Shown: positions 28,118-38,976, counted from the stretch's first letter. The stretch: 39,747 bases of DNA from Methanothermococcus sp. SCGC AD-155-E23 (GCA_019561615.1 JAHEQA010000047.1:1-39747); one strand, 5' to 3'. Numbers and translations are program-made. Notes: a model not told the origin generated them from the sequence alone.

Positions 28118-29887
28118 TTAAGGATTTTCAACAAGAGCCTCTAACTCCTTCTCAATTCTCTCCAGGAGTGCTGGGGCAACTTCCTCGAGGAATTTATCCT
28201 CAGGTATGAACTTCATCCTTGCAATGTCCCTCTTAACAGGTACCTTTGCTATCTTTCCAGGGTCTACCCCCTTCTCAACTACCTCTAAGGCCTTTCTATA
28301 GAAGGTCATGATAATCTTCAACATCATGTACTGTTTCATTGGAGGACAGTAGGTATCTACCTCGTCAAATGCATCCTGTTGTAGGAAGTCCTCTCTAAGC
28401 ATCCTTGCAACTTCCAGGATTACCCTCTCCCTATCTGGAAGGGCATCTGGACCTACAAGTTGGACTATCTCCTGTAGCTCAGCCTCCTTCTGGAGTAGTC
28501 TCATGGCCTCGTCCCTTAACTCCCTCCAATCTGGACCTGTGTTCTCCTGCCACCAGGGGGTTACATCGTCTATATAGAGGGAGTAACTCTGTAACCAGTT
28601 TATCGCTGGGAAGTGTCTCCTCCTTGCAAGGTTTGCATCAAGTGCCCAGAATACCTTAACTATCCTCAGGGTGTTAGATGTAACAGGTTCTGAGAAGTCT
28701 CCTCCTGGTGGGGAAACAGCCCCTACAATACATACGAAGCCCTCCTTCTCCTCACTACCTACACACTTTACCCTACCTGCCCTCTCGTAGAATTGTGCAA
28801 GTCTAGAGGCGAGGTAGGCTGGATACCCCTCCTCCCCTGGCATCTCCTCCAATCTACCTGCTATCTCCCTCATCGCCTCTGCCCATCTAGAGGTTGAATC
28901 TGCAGTTAGTAGTACCCCATAACCCATATCTCTGAAGTACTCCGCTATGGTAACCCCTGTATATATGGAGGCCTCCCTAGCTGCTACTGGCATATTTGAG
29001 GTGTTTGCTATAAGTATAGTTCTATCTATTAACTTATTCCCTGTCCTTCTGTCCTCCAGGTGGGGGAACTCCTCGATAACCTCTGTCATCTCGTTACCTC
29101 TCTCCCCACATCCAATGTATATTACCACATCTGCATCTGACCACTTTGCAAGTTGCTGCTGTGTTACAGTCTTACCACTTCCAAAGGGTCCTGGGATTGC
29201 TGCAGTCCCTCCCTTTGCAAGGCTAAAGAATGTGTCTATAATCCTCTCACCAGTTATCAGTGGGATAGTAGGTGGTAACTTCTCCTTATAGGGTCTTGGT
29301 TTTCTTACAGGCCACTTCTGCATCATCTTAATCTCTTTCTCCTCCCCATCCTCGGTCTCCACCACTGCAACAGTATCCTCAACTGTAAACTTTCCAGACC
29401 TTATCTCCTTTATCTTCCCCTTTATTCCAACAGGAAGTAGTACCTTATGTACTATGGACTTTGTCTCCTCAACTGTACCTATAACATCCCCACCCTCTAC
29501 GTAATCCCCTTCATTTACAGTGGGTACAAAGTCCCACTTAACATCCCTTGGTAGTGCAGGTACAGAGACCCCCCTTGGTATAAATATACTTCCAGTTACA
29601 GCCTCTATTGCAGTTAAAGGTCTCTGGATACCGTCGTATATAGACTTCAAGAGACCTGGTCCCAACTCTACAGAGAGAGGGGCTCCAGTACCCTCAACAG
29701 GTTCCCCAGGTCTTATACCTGTAGTTTCCTCGTATACCTGGATAACAGCCCTGTCCCCCCTTAACTGGATGATCTCCCCAGTTAACTTCTCCTCACCTAC
29801 CTTAACTACCTCGTACATCTGGGACCCCTTCATACCATCTGCTACTACAACAGGTCCTGCTATCTTGAGGATCTTACCTACTACCAT
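28118..29887 (-). CDS. atpA: A1Ao ATP synthase subunit A (no intein)
   Basis: [30 protein letters not shown] and [11 protein letters not shown]. Confidence 0.98.
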   Translation of the reverse strand: MVVGKILKIAGPVVVADGMKGSQMYEVVKVGEEKLTGEIIQLRGDRAVIQVYEETTGIRPGEPVEGTGAPLSVELGPGLLKSIYDGIQRPLTAIEAVTGSIFIPRGVSVPALPRDVKWDFVPTVNEGDYVEGGDVIGTVEETKSIVHKVLLPVGIKGKIKEIRSGKFTVEDTVAVVETEDGEEKEIKMMQKWPVRKPRPYKEKLPPTIPLITGERIIDTFFSLAKGGTAAIPGPFGSGKTVTQQQLAKWSDADVVIYIGCGERGNEMTEVIEEFPHLEDRRTGNKLIDRTILIANTSNMPVAAREASIYTGVTIAEYFRDMGYGVLLTADSTSRWAEAMREIAGRLEEMPGEEGYPAYLASRLAQFYERAGRVKCVGSEEKEGFVCIVGAVSPPGGDFSEPVTSNTLRIVKVFWALDANLARRRHFPAINWLQSYSLYIDDVTPWWQENTGPDWRELRDEAMRLLQKEAELQEIVQLVGPDALPDRERVILEVARMLREDFLQQDAFDEVDTYCPPMKQYMMLKIIMTFYRKALEVVEKGVDPGKIAKVPVKRDIARMKFIPEDKFLEEVAPALLERIEKELEALVENP

Positions 29888-29901
29888 AACTTAATCACCT
29901 C

Positions 29902-30204
29902 TTATTTCTTCAATTCTATACCTACTGCCTTTCTTACAAGTTCCCTTATAGGATCACGTTCTCTAGCAATGGGCCCTTCCTTGTCAGGCACCTCTACAAT
30001 ATAGGTCTCTACCTTGGAGAGTTTGTCCCTTAGGGCATCCCCAAGTTTTTCAGAGATAATTATCAAACCTATGTCCTCCCTCCTGTCCAACTCCTCGATA
30101 ATTTTTAGGGCTTCCTCGGGATCTTCAACCTGATAAACATCGGTAAGACCTGCCAACCTGAAACCTACAGCCATGTGAAGGTCTCCAACTACACCAATCT
30201 TCAT
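29902..30204 (-). CDS. atpF: A1Ao ATP synthase subunit F
   Basis: KIGVVGD...GFRLAG and VRKAVG; expected operon position. Confidence 0.95.
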   Translation of the reverse strand: MKIGVVGDLHMAVGFRLAGLTDVYQVEDPEEALKIIEELDRREDIGLIIISEKLGDALRDKLSKVETYIVEVPDKEGPIARERDPIRELVRKAVGIELKK

Positions 30205-30216
30205 AATATCCTCCTA

Positions 30217-31371
30217 TTAATTTGTAATCAACTCCCTTATATCCCTTGGTGATAGTCCCTCCATCTTCCCATTTATAATTGCCCTCAACTTTCTTACCTC
30301 CATCTCCTTGGAGGTGATAAACCCTATAACAGGTCCAACTCCAAAGGGCTGTCTCAGGGATAACTTTTTACCAACCTCTACAAGGTAGTTGTCCAGGACC
30401 TTCTCAAATACATAGGCACTTCTACATCTCTCGTACTCCTCTAGACACTCTGAGATTATATTGCCATACTCTGTACCTTCAAGTGAACTTATTACCCCCT
30501 CTATAGACTCTGCCTCTGCCAACTCCTTCAACTTCCATGGAGGTAACTCATACCCCACACCTAAGAGGTAGTTTGAAATAAGGTCAGAGGGTACACCATC
30601 CCTCTTACATCTCAGGATGACCTTAAGGTTTTCAATATCTATCATCCTTCCAACGAACTCTTTGAAGAGATCCTCTCTAGAACCCTCGATACCTACAGCC
30701 CTCCAGAGACCCTGATAGATATACTTGTCCAGGGCCAACTCTAGGGGTATTAGATTGCCATATTCCTCGTAGAGGGAAAGTTGCTCAGAGAGTATCCTTC
30801 CATACTCGGTACCTTCCAACCCACTTACAACCTCTTCAACAGTTCTAGCCTCACAGAGTTCCCTTAACTTACTCTCAGGTATTCTACCTAGGGGTATTAA
30901 CATCTTGAAGGTACTCTCACTGTCCAACCTGGCGTACTTGGCCCTTAGGATGGTCTTGATGTTCCTGATATCGTACCTCTTTTCAAATAACTCCAGTACC
31001 CTCTTACATCTCTCTGGGGATATCTCTGCCAAGGTTTTATAGATATGGGCCAGATGCATGTCAAGGCTCCTCTCTATAGAGAAGATATCCCTGGAGGTTG
31101 TTGGGATAAATTGACTGTATACAGTATCCTCCAGGAGACCTATAACCTCCACCAGACTCCCAGCCTCTATAAGTTCATTTAACTTGTGGTCATCTAGGAG
31201 TTTAGCCTCCATACCTCTAATCCTTGCATTGAGGTATGCATAGGGGGTAACCTCTATGAGATACTTAATCAGATATACGATAACAGCCAGGAGTATCACT
31301 ACCCCTGTAAGTATCAACAGTGTAACGAATATATCGTAGGACATCCATGAAATTACCTCCTCCACTCCCAT
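30217..31371 (-). CDS. atpC: A1Ao ATP synthase subunit C
   Basis: PYAYLNARIRGM, DIRNIKTILR and DIENLKVILR; expected operon position. Confidence 0.93.
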   Translation of the reverse strand: MGVEEVISWMSYDIFVTLLILTGVVILLAVIVYLIKYLIEVTPYAYLNARIRGMEAKLLDDHKLNELIEAGSLVEVIGLLEDTVYSQFIPTTSRDIFSIERSLDMHLAHIYKTLAEISPERCKRVLELFEKRYDIRNIKTILRAKYARLDSESTFKMLIPLGRIPESKLRELCEARTVEEVVSGLEGTEYGRILSEQLSLYEEYGNLIPLELALDKYIYQGLWRAVGIEGSREDLFKEFVGRMIDIENLKVILRCKRDGVPSDLISNYLLGVGYELPPWKLKELAEAESIEGVISSLEGTEYGNIISECLEEYERCRSAYVFEKVLDNYLVEVGKKLSLRQPFGVGPVIGFITSKEMEVRKLRAIINGKMEGLSPRDIRELITN

Positions 31372-31382
31372 TCCATCACCTT

Positions 31383-31994
31383 TTAAAACAGTACCTGGGC
31401 AATTTTCGCCCTAATATGCTCTAGGTTCCTCTCAAATATAGCCTCCAAACTGTTATCACAGATCTTGGAACCACTTCTATCTTTTACAATGGCGCCACCA
31501 ACTATATCAACAGTACTACCCCTTCTAACTATAACTGATCTGTTGGTTAACCTCTCTATCTCCTTCTCTATCTCCCAGAGGGTTTTAATATCCAACATCT
31601 CGTAGTCCCTCTTGTTGAGATCTACAACAACCTCCTCACTACCTACTGCAACTGCCCCGTCAACAATGAGCTTTATAAGTAGATCCCTGTAGTTCTCCCT
31701 TTCAGGTAGTTTCATCAACTCCTCCCTTAACTTCTTTATAGCCATCTCAATTAACTCCTCCTTTTTCCTAAGCATCTTTTTTCTAACTTCCAATTTTGCC
31801 TCTGAAATAATCCTGTTTTTAATCATCTCTGCCTCTTTCTCCCCTTTCTTAAGTATTTCACTTTTCCTCCTCTCTGCCTCCTTTTTTGCCTCCTCCAGTA
31901 TCTTCTCAGCTTCCATCTGGGCCTTCTTTATTATCTCCTCAGCCTCCTTGTTGGCATCCTCCAGTATCTTAGAGACGATCTCCTCTACTCCCAT
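31383..31994 (-). CDS. atpE: A1Ao ATP synthase subunit E
   Basis: MGVEEIVSKILEDA coiled coil and GGAIV...DNSLE; expected operon position. Confidence 0.94.
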   Translation of the reverse strand: MGVEEIVSKILEDANKEAEEIIKKAQMEAEKILEEAKKEAERRKSEILKKGEKEAEMIKNRIISEAKLEVRKKMLRKKEELIEMAIKKLREELMKLPERENYRDLLIKLIVDGAVAVGSEEVVVDLNKRDYEMLDIKTLWEIEKEIERLTNRSVIVRRGSTVDIVGGAIVKDRSGSKICDNSLEAIFERNLEHIRAKIAQVLF

Positions 31995-32033
31995 TTTTTC
32001 ACCTATAAAAATAAAAATAAGAATTTTTAGGTT

Positions 32034-32705
32034 TTAGAACATTATTCCAAGCATTATCAGTATGGCTATCAGTAGACCGAAGATAGCGAAGGTCTCTGGC
32101 ATAACTGCCAAGACAAGACCCTTACCCATGGCATCTGGATCTCTGGCAGTTGCTCCAATGGCACCTGCAGCTGTAATACCCTGTCCAATACCTGAGAGAC
32201 CTGCAAACCCTACAGCTAAACCTGCACCTAGGGCTGCTATTGTAGTTGCTCCAGGGCTCTTTCCAAAGACACCTACTAGGAGGAGTATAGCCACTAACAA
32301 ACCATAAATTGCCTGGGTTTCAGGGAGTACTGAGAAGACCATAGCCTTACCAAATATCTTCTCATCCTCTGCCACTGCACCTAAACCTGCCGAGGAGGCT
32401 ATCCCCTGACCAATTGCAGAGAGACCTGCTAAACCTGTGGCAATCCCTGCACCTACCATGGCCCACTCAGGGGCACTTTGGAATACAAAGAGTATAAGGA
32501 TGGCAACGAGGAATCCATATAGACCCTGGGTTTGAGGTAGGGCCTGGAATACTATGGCTGTACCAAACTTTGAGGGATCCTCTGCAATTACCCCTGCACC
32601 ACTTGCCCCAGCAATACCTGCTCCAACTCCTGAACCAAATCCTGCAATACCTACTGCTAAACCAGCACCTATGGCTCCAAGTAGTAATGGGTTGTCAAAT
32701 ACCAT
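32034..32705 (-). CDS. atpK: A1Ao ATP synthase subunit K (c), triplicated hairpin
   Basis: Three Gly/Ala-rich hairpins containing LPQTQ, LPETQ and MPETF. Confidence 0.95.
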   Translation of the reverse strand: MVFDNPLLLGAIGAGLAVGIAGFGSGVGAGIAGASGAGVIAEDPSKFGTAIVFQALPQTQGLYGFLVAILILFVFQSAPEWAMVGAGIATGLAGLSAIGQGIASSAGLGAVAEDEKIFGKAMVFSVLPETQAIYGLLVAILLLVGVFGKSPGATTIAALGAGLAVGFAGLSGIGQGITAAGAIGATARDPDAMGKGLVLAVMPETFAIFGLLIAILIMLGIMF

Positions 32706-32726
32706 TGCTATCACCTTACTTACTTT

Positions 32727-34790
32727 TTAATTAACTGTGGTATACTCCCTTCTGGCCTTGAAGGGTTGGAACTTCTTACCTCCACCCTCGTAGAACTGCC
32801 CAAAGAACTCTACGTAGTGCAACCTCAGGGAGTGTATAAAGGCACCGAGACCGTTCATCACAAAGTTAAAGGTGTGCCCTATCAGTAGTACTATTAGTGC
32901 CAGTAGTATTCCAATTACAGGGACACTGTCTCCAATTAACTTGGCCATTATATTTACAGCCATTGCAAGACCTCCAGTAGCTAGACACAGGGCCAGAAGC
33001 CTTGCATAGGAGAGTACGTTACCTAGGAACCCTGTAATATCCATAACCCCTAGCATGGCATCAAGTATCCCTCCCTTCATATAACCTCTGACTATACATA
33101 GTAGCACTACAAGTGCTACCGTAGCAAGGATGATAGAGGGCATATTGGTGACAAGACCTAGAGCTAACCCTATTATTAAAAGGAGCCATATACCCTGATT
33201 TAAAAAGGCCTCCTTAAACCCCTTCTTCTCAAGGTTCTCCTTAAACCCTACAACAAGTCCTATGAAGAGGTGCAGTATCCCCACAAGTATGGAGAAGAGG
33301 AGTATTGCAATGGGACCGTTATCTACAGATATACTTCCAAGTTTTAAGAGGGGTCTAAGTTCGTTTATGTAGAAGCTCTCCCCCAGTGGATTTACCAGGG
33401 CAAAGGGAGTCTTGTATATGTCAAACCCTAAGAACTCCTTCAGGAAATCTCCAAGATATCCTCCAGTTATAATACCTGCAATAACTGTGGCAATACCAGC
33501 CAGTGTAAGTATATACCCTATATTACGTGCCCCCTCACTTACCTTACCAAGTTTCTTCCAGACAAAGAGACCAATTAAGGTCAACAACAACCCGTATACA
33601 GCATCTGTGAGCATAATACCGTAGAATATTAGGAAACCAGGGACTATCAGTAGGGTGGGATCTATCTCGTTGTACTTTGGAGGTGCAAACATCTCTGTTA
33701 ACATCTCAAAGGGCTTTACAGGTTTTGGGTTGTCAAGCATTACAGGTATCTTCTCCTCAGGTTCATCTGGTTCCCTAACCTCTACAACTCCACAACCCTC
33801 AGAGGCCCTCTCTATGGTATTCTTGACCCTATCTACGTACTTCTCAGGTACCCAGCCCTCTAACATATAGGTTCTCTCAGTTCTACCGTAGTAGGTGTAG
33901 GACTCTGCCCTCTCCTTCTCGATCTCCAGTAACTCATGGAGTACTAAAAGTTTCCTGTACCACTTCTTGGCCAACTCCCTCAACTTATTTAAGATATCCT
34001 CCCTCTCCTTCTCACACTCCCTTATCTCCTTCTCTATCCTCTCCAGGTTTTCCCCTGGAGTACCCTTTAAGTTGGAGACCTCTATCCTCTCAAATCCACT
34101 TCTCCTTAACTCCCCACTGACCTTATCTTTGTACTCCTTCAACGTTACAACTACAACAGGGACCTTTCTCTCCCTCTCACCTGTAACAACAGGTTTTCCC
34201 TCTACAACTTCCGAGAGGTTATCTGTAATGGAGGATACCTTCTCCTTTAACTGGGATACCCTCTCCTCAGGTATTAGACCTACTACTACGTAGGTGTAGG
34301 GTCCACTTTTAAGGTACTCTAGATCCACCTCGAAATCTTTAAGGTAATTTAGATAACTTTTCAACTGTTGAAGGTAGTTGATCCTGTTTTCCAGGTGATT
34401 TAGTCTATCTGCCAACTCCTTTACCTCTCCTTCAACCTCCTCCAAAAGAGATCTACCGTAGGCTATTACCTCATCTGCAGAAGAGAAGTTAACCTTTTCC
34501 TTGGGTGGTAGGGTTGGATTTAGTAACTCCTTCAATCCTCCCTTCTCCTCCTCTTTAACACTGTCAAAGAGATCTAAAAACCTGTTAGTTTTAATTAACA
34601 ACGCTGAAACATCCCTTATATAAGGTGCTGGTGAGGAGGGGGAGAGTAAACCTGCCCACTCTGGATCCTCCAACTTGGAAGCTAGATCACAGAGTTCCAC
34701 CAACCCCTCTTCATGGAGCTCTCTTACAACCTTGTCCATCTTCTCATCTAGAATCACCGCCCTCAATTTCTTCATCCTTGCAGGCCTCAC
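32727..34790 (-). CDS. atpI: A1Ao ATP synthase subunit I (a)
   Basis: GTG start (MRPARMKK), EGWVP, EIDPT, LSYARLLAL and HSLRLHYVEFF. Confidence 0.96.
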   Translation of the reverse strand: MRPARMKKLRAVILDEKMDKVVRELHEEGLVELCDLASKLEDPEWAGLLSPSSPAPYIRDVSALLIKTNRFLDLFDSVKEEEKGGLKELLNPTLPPKEKVNFSSADEVIAYGRSLLEEVEGEVKELADRLNHLENRINYLQQLKSYLNYLKDFEVDLEYLKSGPYTYVVVGLIPEERVSQLKEKVSSITDNLSEVVEGKPVVTGERERKVPVVVVTLKEYKDKVSGELRRSGFERIEVSNLKGTPGENLERIEKEIRECEKEREDILNKLRELAKKWYRKLLVLHELLEIEKERAESYTYYGRTERTYMLEGWVPEKYVDRVKNTIERASEGCGVVEVREPDEPEEKIPVMLDNPKPVKPFEMLTEMFAPPKYNEIDPTLLIVPGFLIFYGIMLTDAVYGLLLTLIGLFVWKKLGKVSEGARNIGYILTLAGIATVIAGIITGGYLGDFLKEFLGFDIYKTPFALVNPLGESFYINELRPLLKLGSISVDNGPIAILLFSILVGILHLFIGLVVGFKENLEKKGFKEAFLNQGIWLLLIIGLALGLVTNMPSIILATVALVVLLCIVRGYMKGGILDAMLGVMDITGFLGNVLSYARLLALCLATGGLAMAVNIMAKLIGDSVPVIGILLALIVLLIGHTFNFVMNGLGAFIHSLRLHYVEFFGQFYEGGGKKFQPFKARREYTTVN

Positions 34791-34803
34791 TAAAACCACC
34801 TTT

Positions 34804-35121
34804 CTAAACTTTGAAGATATCCAGTACATCCTCCAACTTCAGTGAACGTAGCTTTATCTTGGCAACTGCCTCCATCTGCTCTATCTCACTCTCTCCAGTT
34901 GCTATAATATCCTCGGCCTCCTTTCTAGCTATCTCTTCACTTTTCCGAATTAACTCCTCCACCATCTTACGGGCCTCTTCCTCAGCCTCCTCTATAATCT
35001 TTTTACCCTTCTCCATAGCCTCTAACTTTATCCTCTCAGCTTCTTTTTTCGCATTCTCTACTATTTCCACAGCTTCCTTCTCTGCCTCTTTTATTCTCTT
35101 AACAGCTTCTACTGCCGACAC
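34804..35121 (-). CDS. atpH: A1Ao ATP synthase subunit H/G (peripheral stalk)
   Basis: 105-aa Glu/Lys/Ala coiled coil (IKEAEKEA); first gene of the operon. Confidence 0.88.
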   Translation of the reverse strand: MSAVEAVKRIKEAEKEAVEIVENAKKEAERIKLEAMEKGKKIIEEAEEEARKMVEELIRKSEEIARKEAEDIIATGESEIEQMEAVAKIKLRSLKLEDVLDIFKV

Positions 35122-35163
35122 AGGATTACCCCCTTAACTTTTAAAAAACTTTAGAAATCTATC

Positions 35164-35697
35164 CTATATATATAATTTTCTTTGATTTCTGCTAAATACC
35201 TCCACATAGGTGCTTATTACAGCAGGTATTATCCCTATAGCGGTGCAGGTCTCTAAGGAGATTCTCTTCTTAGTTATATCCAGGTGGTACCTAGAGAAGT
35301 CAAATATCTCCTTTGGCAGCCCCCGTCTCCCAAGACCTATAAACAATCCACAGGGTTTTTTAAATAGTAGTTGTGCCACCTCCTCAGGAGTTATAGACTT
35401 TTTCTCATCAGGTTTCGATGTAGTGGCAATAGGTATTCCAAACTGGGGTTGGTAACTGTCCACTATACTGAACCTGTTACTCTCTATCAACCTCCTAAGG
35501 TACTCTCCAGCATCCCCTATGGTGGTCTCTATAGACATTATATCCTCCCTGGTGCAGGGGAAGTCCATAATTGCAAGGTTGCAGTTGAAGGCGTAGCATA
35601 CAGGTGCCGCCCTGGCTATAGCCCTCTTATGGGCCTCGTGCCATCTCCTCTTATCGTAGGAGTTGTAGAGTATCAGTGTCATCCTCTTTAGGGTCAT
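35164..35697 (-). CDS. DUF531 family protein (SPOUT-like putative methyltransferase)
   Basis: LYNSYD...[13 protein letters not shown] and the knot-like C-terminus IGLGRRGLP...LDIT...SLETCTAIG. Confidence 0.8.
   Translation of the reverse strand: MTLKRMTLILYNSYDKRRWHEAHKRAIARAAPVCYAFNCNLAIMDFPCTREDIMSIETTIGDAGEYLRRLIESNRFSIVDSYQPQFGIPIATTSKPDEKKSITPEEVAQLLFKKPCGLFIGLGRRGLPKEIFDFSRYHLDITKKRISLETCTAIGIIPAVISTYVEVFSRNQRKLYI
35165..35182 (-). promoter_or_regulatory. Putative atp operon BRE/TATA overlapping the 3' end of the DUF531 gene
   Basis: Minus strand reads AAGAAAA TTATATATATA, ~45 nt upstream of atpH. Confidence 0.5.
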
Positions 35698-35720
35698 AGG
35701 TTATCCCTTCAACAGTTCAC

Positions 35721-35735
35721 CGAAAGATTTAAATA
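35721..35735 (+). promoter_or_regulatory. BRE/TATA promoter of rps2
   Basis: CGAAAGA TTTAAATA. Confidence 0.65.
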
Positions 35736-35758
35736 CTTTGGATCTTTATCCAAGATAG

Positions 35759-35823
35759 TAAAAACCACTCTTTTTATAAAAAAATCTTTTTTAAAAGAGT
35801 TTAAAAATAAAAACCACTCTTTT
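35759..35823 (+). repeat. 16-bp direct repeat pair in the rps2 leader
   Basis: TAAAAACCACTCTTTT at 35759-35774 and 35808-35823. Confidence 0.9.
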
Positions 35824-35835
35824 GGAGGTTATACT

Positions 35836-36501
35836 ATGACAGAGGAAAATATGCTTGTAACACTGGATACCTATTTAGCTGCAGGGGTACATATAGGTAC
35901 CATGCAGAAAACAGAGGATATGAAGAAATTCATCTACAGGGTTAGATCAGATGGACTTTACGTACTAGATGTAAGAAAGACCGACGAGAGGATAAGACTG
36001 GCAAGTAAGTTCCTCTCAAGGTATGAACCTGAGGAGATCCTGGCTGTCTCAAGGAGGATATACTCCATGGGTCCTCTAAAGAAGTTTGGGGAGGTAACAG
36101 GTATAACAACAGTTGCAGGGAGGTTTATACCAGGTACTTTAACCAACCCTGTAACTAAGAGCTTCATGGAACCTGAGGTGTTGTTCCTCAGCGATCCAAG
36201 GGTGGATAGACAGGCACTGAAGGAGGCCATAGAGATAGGTATCCCTATTGTAGGTATGTGTGATACAGAGCATCTAACATCCTTTATCGACTTTGTCATC
36301 CCAACGAACAACAAAGGTAGAAAGGCAGTTGCCCTGATATACTACCTTATGGCAAGGGAGTACTTGAAAAACAGGGGGGTAATTGGAGAGGATGTACCAT
36401 TTACCTACGAGGAGTTCCTGGAGAGGGCTATGAACGTCCAGGTAAGGATTATACCACAGCAGTTCCAGAAGGGTAGGAGAAGGAAGAGAAAGAAGAAGTA
36501 A
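35836..36501 (+). CDS. rps2: 30S ribosomal protein uS2
   Basis: [21 protein letters not shown] and [10 protein letters not shown]. Confidence 0.97.
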   Translation: MTEENMLVTLDTYLAAGVHIGTMQKTEDMKKFIYRVRSDGLYVLDVRKTDERIRLASKFLSRYEPEEILAVSRRIYSMGPLKKFGEVTGITTVAGRFIPGTLTNPVTKSFMEPEVLFLSDPRVDRQALKEAIEIGIPIVGMCDTEHLTSFIDFVIPTNNKGRKAVALIYYLMAREYLKNRGVIGEDVPFTYEEFLERAMNVQVRIIPQQFQKGRRRKRKKK

Positions 36502-36514
36502 CTAGGATGGGAAA

Positions 36515-37126
36515 ATGGAGGAGGAGACCCTCTCCCTGGAGTGTCCTGTATGTGGGGATGTTACCCCCCATACTGTTGTAAAGAGACAGGAGTCCAAGAG
36601 ACATCTAAAGTTAAAGGTAAAGTGTTTGGAATGTGGACATATATGGGAGATAGAGAGGAGTGTTAGGCTCAAGGATGTAAAGGTGATAATCAGTAGGTAT
36701 GGAAGTTCTGAGAAGAAGGTTATCCAGATACCTACTGAGGAGGTTTTGAAGGTTGGAGATGTAATCAACGTAGAGGGGGAGGAGCTGGAGATAACAGGTA
36801 TAGAGGGGGTTAAGAGGACCCACTCCTCAAAGGTGGAGGACATTGGGACTATATGGACAAAATCTTTAAGTATTCCTAAAAAAGTTGGAATATCCATTAA
36901 CGACGGAAGGAGGACCTACTCTGTAAATGTACTTGTCCCCCGGGACTACGTATTTGACAGCAGGCACATCTATCGAGTTGGAGATGGCTACTTTAGGATA
37001 AAGATGATAAAGACAGAGAAGGGTACCACTACTAAGAGGGAGGTTGCCAAAAATATAAAGAGGATATACGCCCAACCTGCAAAACCCTTTAAGGACTACA
37101 TAGATCTAACTGAATACCTGTTATAA
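36515..37126 (+). CDS. Archaeal Zn-ribbon protein (HVO_0476-like family)
   Basis: CPVCG...H...CLECGH Zn ribbon followed by beta-rich domains. Confidence 0.75.
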   Translation: MEEETLSLECPVCGDVTPHTVVKRQESKRHLKLKVKCLECGHIWEIERSVRLKDVKVIISRYGSSEKKVIQIPTEEVLKVGDVINVEGEELEITGIEGVKRTHSSKVEDIGTIWTKSLSIPKKVGISINDGRRTYSVNVLVPRDYVFDSRHIYRVGDGYFRIKMIKTEKGTTTKREVAKNIKRIYAQPAKPFKDYIDLTEYLL

Positions 37127-37147
37127 ATTTTAATGGAGGTGTAAAGT

Positions 37148-37789
37148 ATGGCTAAGATGAGGGCTAGAACTACTGCCAAGGGGAAAAAGGTTGCCAGGGA
37201 TACCTGGAAGACTAAAGTATGGTATAACATCTATACCCCTCAGGCCTTTGGAGGTGTTCTCATAGGGGAGACCCCTGCAAATGACCCTGCCAGGATTATT
37301 GGAAGGGTGGCAGAGGTTAGTCTACAGGATCTTATAAACGACCCTGCCAAGCATATGATAAGGATGTACTTCAAGATAAACGGGGTCAGTGGTAACAACG
37401 CCACCACACAGTTCATAGGCCACGACACAACAAGGGAGTATATAAAATCCCTGATAAGGAGGAGGATGAGTAAGATAACAAGTATTGTAGATGTGAAGAC
37501 AAAGGACAACTACAAGATAAGGGTAAAGGCCATGGTACTAACTGCTTACAGGGCAAGGGATTGCCACAAGACAGATATTAGGAAGAAAACAGAGGAGATA
37601 ATTAGGGAAACTGCAGAGAATTCCACATTCCCAGAGTTTGTCCAGGCCATGCTCCTAGATGAGTTAAGTACAAAGATATACGAGGAGTGTAAGAAGATAT
37701 TCCCACTTAAAAAAGTGGAGATCTACAAGTCTGAGGTTTTAGAGTTTGGTAAACCCTTGGAGACTCCTGAGGAGAAAGGTGAGGAGTAA
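37148..37789 (+). CDS. rps3ae: 30S ribosomal protein S3Ae (eS1)
   Basis: RDTWKTKVWYNIYTP, GRVAEVSL and KKIFPLKKVEIYK. Confidence 0.96.
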   Translation: MAKMRARTTAKGKKVARDTWKTKVWYNIYTPQAFGGVLIGETPANDPARIIGRVAEVSLQDLINDPAKHMIRMYFKINGVSGNNATTQFIGHDTTREYIKSLIRRRMSKITSIVDVKTKDNYKIRVKAMVLTAYRARDCHKTDIRKKTEEIIRETAENSTFPEFVQAMLLDELSTKIYEECKKIFPLKKVEIYKSEVLEFGKPLETPEEKGEE

Positions 37790-37818
37790 ATCTCTTTTTA
37801 TTTTTTTAAGGTGGTTTA

Positions 37819-38976
37819 ATGGAGATAAACCTGGATAGGTATAGAAACCTCACCAGGCACCTTGGGAGGGAGTATATAAATTTAAACCCTATTCAGAGGG
37901 GAGGGGTTCTACCTGTAGAGGCTAAGAAGGCTATCTACGAGTACTGGGATGGTTACAGTGTATGTGACTACTGTGGAGGACGGCTAGATGAGATAAAGAC
38001 ACCTCCAGTATGTGAGTTTTTAGAGGATCTCTCTAAGTTTCTCGACATGGATATCTCTAGACCTACCCATGGGGCCAGGGAGAGTAAGTTTATAGTTATG
38101 CACTCCATATGCAAGGAGGGGGACTACGTAGTACTAGATGAAAATGCCCACTATACCTCTTACGTGGCAATAGAGAGGGCTAGACTGAACTATACCACCG
38201 TGAAGAACGATGGCTATCCCACCTACAGGATAGAGCCTGAGGGATACAAGGAAGTTATAGACAATTTAGAGGATAAGGGAAAGAGTATAGGTCTTATACT
38301 ACTTACCCATGTAGATGGATCCTACGGTAATCTAAGTGATGCCGAGAAGGTTGGGAAGATTGCTAAGAAAAAGGGATATCCCTTCCTACTTAACTGTGCC
38401 TATACAGTTGGTAGGATGCCTGTTAAGGGGAAAAAGTTAAAGGCGGACTTCTTAGCCTGTTCTGGACATAAGAGTATGGCGGCATCTGGTCCCATAGGTA
38501 TACTCTCTATGAGGGAGGAGTTTGCAGAGGAGGTACTTAGAAGGTCTAAGAGTTATCCAAAGAAGGAGGTAGAACTTCTAGGGTGTACAAGTAGGGGGGT
38601 ACCTCTGATCACCCTTATGGCAAGTTTTCCATATGTGGTAGAGAGGGTTAAGAGATGGGGAGAGGAGTTAGAGAAGACAAGGTATGTAGTGGAGCAATTG
38701 GAGGAGGTAGGTTTTAAACAGCTAGGTGTGAAACCTAAGGAGCATGACCTTATCAAGTTTGAAACACCTGTACTTGAGGAGATAGCTAAGAGGGATAAGA
38801 GGAGGGGTTACTTCTTTTACGATGAGTTAAAGAAAAGGGGTATTGGAGGTATAGTGCCAGGGGTTACTAAGGAGATAAAGATGAGTGTCTACGGTCTAAC
38901 CTGGGAGCAGGTGGAGTATGTAGTTAAGGCTATAAGGGAGATAGTGGAGATGGGATCTAAAAAGGTGTTGACATGA
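37819..38976 (+). CDS. pscS: O-phospho-L-seryl-tRNA:Cys-tRNA synthase (SepCysS)
   Basis: NPIQRGG, GYSVCDYC, GARE, AHYTS, LLNCAY, PLP lysine motif SGHKS and LLGCT. Confidence 0.95.
   Translation: MEINLDRYRNLTRHLGREYINLNPIQRGGVLPVEAKKAIYEYWDGYSVCDYCGGRLDEIKTPPVCEFLEDLSKFLDMDISRPTHGARESKFIVMHSICKEGDYVVLDENAHYTSYVAIERARLNYTTVKNDGYPTYRIEPEGYKEVIDNLEDKGKSIGLILLTHVDGSYGNLSDAEKVGKIAKKKGYPFLLNCAYTVGRMPVKGKKLKADFLACSGHKSMAASGPIGILSMREEFAEEVLRRSKSYPKKEVELLGCTSRGVPLITLMASFPYVVERVKRWGEELEKTRYVVEQLEEVGFKQLGVKPKEHDLIKFETPVLEEIAKRDKRRGYFFYDELKKRGIGGIVPGVTKEIKMSVYGLTWEQVEYVVKAIREIVEMGSKKVLT

Noticed and set aside
4510-29887. Inteins in NrdD, reverse gyrase or AtpA
   Set aside because: Protein lengths are normal and there are no C...HN splice or LAGLIDADG motifs.
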